Positions 23,774 to 25,578 of a DNA stretch of 25,578 nt are shown here, piece by piece. Source of the stretch: a virus. The stretch is taken from IMG/VR virus record IMGVR_UViG_3300040758_000113; one strand, written 5' to 3'. Numbering within the stretch: the first letter of the stretch is position 1; every line of letters starts with the position of its first letter. Made by a program: the position numbers and the translations under genes. The notes beneath the pieces are model-generated. The model searched no databases and was not told the DNA's origin. It saw only the letters and a list, made by a program, of their open reading frames with translations.

Positions 23774-24454
23774 ATGAGCAAAGGGTACCGCACGTTCTTT
23801 TGTCAAGACAACTACACTCAGTATTTCATCGAAGCGCCGGGAGAGCCGGAGGCGTGGGAAGCGTTTAGCCAGTCTATTACGCCGGATTGGGAAGTCATCC
23901 CCATCATCAATGAGCATGGTGGAATGATAGAGGTGGGACCGGGGAGAAAATATGAGACCATCTCCAATATCCCTCAAGGCGACCGGAATATTCGTTCACA
24001 CCTTAGATACCAGCCGCCGACTTATGTTCGATATCAGGAGGGTGGTGACCTTCATGGCAAGAACGTAGTTACTCTCCCTGAAAAACTGGACCCCACGCTC
24101 GCCGAACCCATGCCCACCGCCCCACCCAATGAAGAAGACGTGGGCCGGTATGTACAGCGGGTGATGACTGAGATGCACCTCAAGCGGGTCGCCGAGGACC
24201 ATGAGGCTCGTATCGTGTGGGGGGAGAAAAAATACGGTCAGCGGCTTCGTCCCCATAACGGCAGGGATTGCCTCAAAGACCTTTATCAGGAAGCTCTGGA
24301 CGGCTGCTCATATGGCGGGCAGGCCGTTCTGGAAGGTAGGGACGGAGGTTATTTCCTACGTCAGTTCGCCCGCCTCGCCGACGAAATCCGGGATGCCATC
24401 TACAAGTATCCCATGAAGGGTCAACATGGCGACAATCACCCTTGCGCAAGCTGA
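23774..24454 (+). CDS. hypothetical protein (226 aa)
   Basis: GAGGAGGG ribosome-binding site. Clean ORF. Confidence 0.6.
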   Translation: MSKGYRTFFCQDNYTQYFIEAPGEPEAWEAFSQSITPDWEVIPIINEHGGMIEVGPGRKYETISNIPQGDRNIRSHLRYQPPTYVRYQEGGDLHGKNVVTLPEKLDPTLAEPMPTAPPNEEDVGRYVQRVMTEMHLKRVAEDHEARIVWGEKKYGQRLRPHNGRDCLKDLYQEALDGCSYGGQAVLEGRDGGYFLRQFARLADEIRDAIYKYPMKGQHGDNHPCAS

Positions 24455-24617
24455 GTTCATTCTCGGAGACTTGGGTCCCGCCAAGCGGCACCTTGTCCGG
24501 CTATTGCAGGACCCCAAGGATTGGGCTAATCCCAGCACCTATCGGGAAATCCAGCAATCTATCCAGCGTATGGAGGCTAGTCTGTTGAAACACGTTCTGG
24601 AGATAAAAGATGAGTAA
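24426..24617 (+). CDS. small hypothetical protein (63 aa)
   Basis: Short ORF overlapping both neighbours, with a weak ribosome-binding site. Confidence 0.3.
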   Translation: MATITLAQAEFILGDLGPAKRHLVRLLQDPKDWANPSTYREIQQSIQRMEASLLKHVLEIKDE

Positions 24618-25074
24618 CAGTGCCCAGCAGATGTTCATCGACAAGATTATGGAGATAGACAGGACCGGACGTGTCCTCACAACAAAGGAAAATACAGACC
24701 TCTTCTTCGAGATGGTCAAGTTGGCTTGCAATCCGGGGTGCCTGGTTATTCACGGGCATGAGTTCTGCATCAGAGAGAAGAGCAACGCCACGCAAGAGGA
24801 TTGGCGCAAGGAAGAAGACGAGATGAACGCTCGTGAATCTTTGGAGTCCATCGTGGATGAGAAAGACCATCCGTTCATGAAAGAAGCCAAGTTGGACACA
24901 TGGCAGAAACGATTGATGTATTTCCTCAAGCCCGTCGCCCGGCATTTCAAGGTTGACGACGAATCCCTTCTACAAAGATACATGCGTCATAATCTCCCCA
25001 CTCATGCCATGGAAGCGGGATTGAGTCCCCTTCCGTTCATTCAGATGGGGGAAGGAAAGGATAAAAATGGGTAA
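24610..25074 (+). CDS. hypothetical protein (154 aa)
   Basis: Clean ORF that overlaps both neighbours. Confidence 0.55.
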   Translation: MSNSAQQMFIDKIMEIDRTGRVLTTKENTDLFFEMVKLACNPGCLVIHGHEFCIREKSNATQEDWRKEEDEMNARESLESIVDEKDHPFMKEAKLDTWQKRLMYFLKPVARHFKVDDESLLQRYMRHNLPTHAMEAGLSPLPFIQMGEGKDKNG

Positions 25075-25578
25075 CCAAGACGATTCCCTGCAAGTTTACG
25101 AGAACAGCAAACATTTGGGGTTTACCGACCAGTGCCCCGATTGTAAAGGGGAGGGGGAAGTCCCTCTCACCGATGAGGAGCGCTGCGGTTGTGAGCAGCC
25201 TTGCTCCTGCTACAATTACAAGACCTGTGAGTGCTGCGGCGGGGATGGGAAGGTTGAAGCCACTCTCCCCGGTAGAGCGGGACAAGCCGCTGCCCGGCAA
25301 GCGGAGCTTTTAGACCGCCCTCCTCAGATGTTAGTTGGTACTGACGGGAGAGGTAAGGAACCATTCATCGTAAATGGCCGCTTATCCGAAATTCAGAGCG
25401 TTGTTTACAAAAACGTAATTGGAACTTCCATACCGGTCATTATCCGCCCGGCACCGCCCATTTCCCGCTGGCTACAACGGAGGGAGAAGTTCTTCAAGGC
25501 TCTGGATTGGTTGAAGCTCAAGTGGTTCAACTTCAAGCTGTGTTTCCACCCGCAATGGGTTGATGACCCTCTCTATGA
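25067..25578 (+). CDS. 3'-truncated protein with DnaJ-type CxxCxGxG zinc-finger repeats
   Basis: ATGGGTAA overlap with the upstream stop. The frame runs open to the window end with no stop. Contains CPDCKGEG … CGCEQPCSC … CECCGGDG. Not listed in the ORF track because it has no stop inside the window. Confidence 0.5.
   Translation, partial: MGNQDDSLQVYENSKHLGFTDQCPDCKGEGEVPLTDEERCGCEQPCSCYNYKTCECCGGDGKVEATLPGRAGQAAARQAELLDRPPQMLVGTDGRGKEPFIVNGRLSEIQSVVYKNVIGTSIPVIIRPAPPISRWLQRREKFFKALDWLKLKWFNFKLCFHPQWVDDPLY

Noticed and set aside
1-25578. Search for CRISPR arrays, rRNA, integrase/transposase genes and attachment-site direct repeats
   Set aside because: No spaced direct-repeat arrays, no rRNA-like segments and no tyrosine/serine recombinase or DDE transposase signatures were seen. 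The mobility signals present are homing-endonuclease type only.

Overview
The window reads as a bacteriophage genome segment, probably a virulent dsDNA phage of a moderately GC-rich host. The backbone is by eye mid-50s %GC. Nearly all genes are on the + strand and are tightly packed, with many ATGA/TAATG start-stop overlaps and AGGAGG-type ribosome-binding sites. Recognisable content: (1) a 5'-truncated protein with four internal 'IKGRWPELE' repeats. (2) An AT-rich cassette carrying an HNH-type endonuclease gene fused by a 1-nt overlap to a peptide deformylase gene. (3) A ~350-nt GC-rich structured non-coding interval with a hairpin terminator candidate, a 66-nt tRNA-like element (anticodon loop CUCAUAA, perfect TTCGACT T-arm, 7-bp acceptor stem, shortened D-arm) and further tRNA-like fragments and hairpins. 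(4) A T4-type tRNA/RNA repair pair, a polynucleotide kinase-phosphatase (Pnk) and an Rnl1-family RNA ligase, separated by two overlapping endonuclease-like genes. (5) Many homing-endonuclease-like genes in visibly AT-richer islands: three GIY-YIG (one +, two -), one canonical HNH (HHDH), two HNH-like with Asp-Arg where the canonical Asp-His sits, and two HTH + Zn-ribbon + degenerate-HNH paralogs. (6) An 86-aa extremely acidic protein directly upstream of an SNF2-family helicase. (7) An Mre11/SbcD-like phosphoesterase, a second small metallophosphoesterase, and a nucleoside 2-deoxyribosyltransferase-like gene that most likely starts at a TTG codon. (8) A PD-(D/E)xK-like protein inside a block of nine uncharacterised genes, including small membrane, coiled-coil and Trp-rich proteins. 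(9) A 3'-truncated DnaJ-type CxxCxGxG zinc-finger protein. (10) A promoter-like box TTCGTGGTATACT (extended -10, TGnTATACT) present three times directly upstream of gene starts, twice followed by an identical TGAGGAGAC ribosome-binding site. No CRISPR array, rRNA or integrase/transposase was seen.
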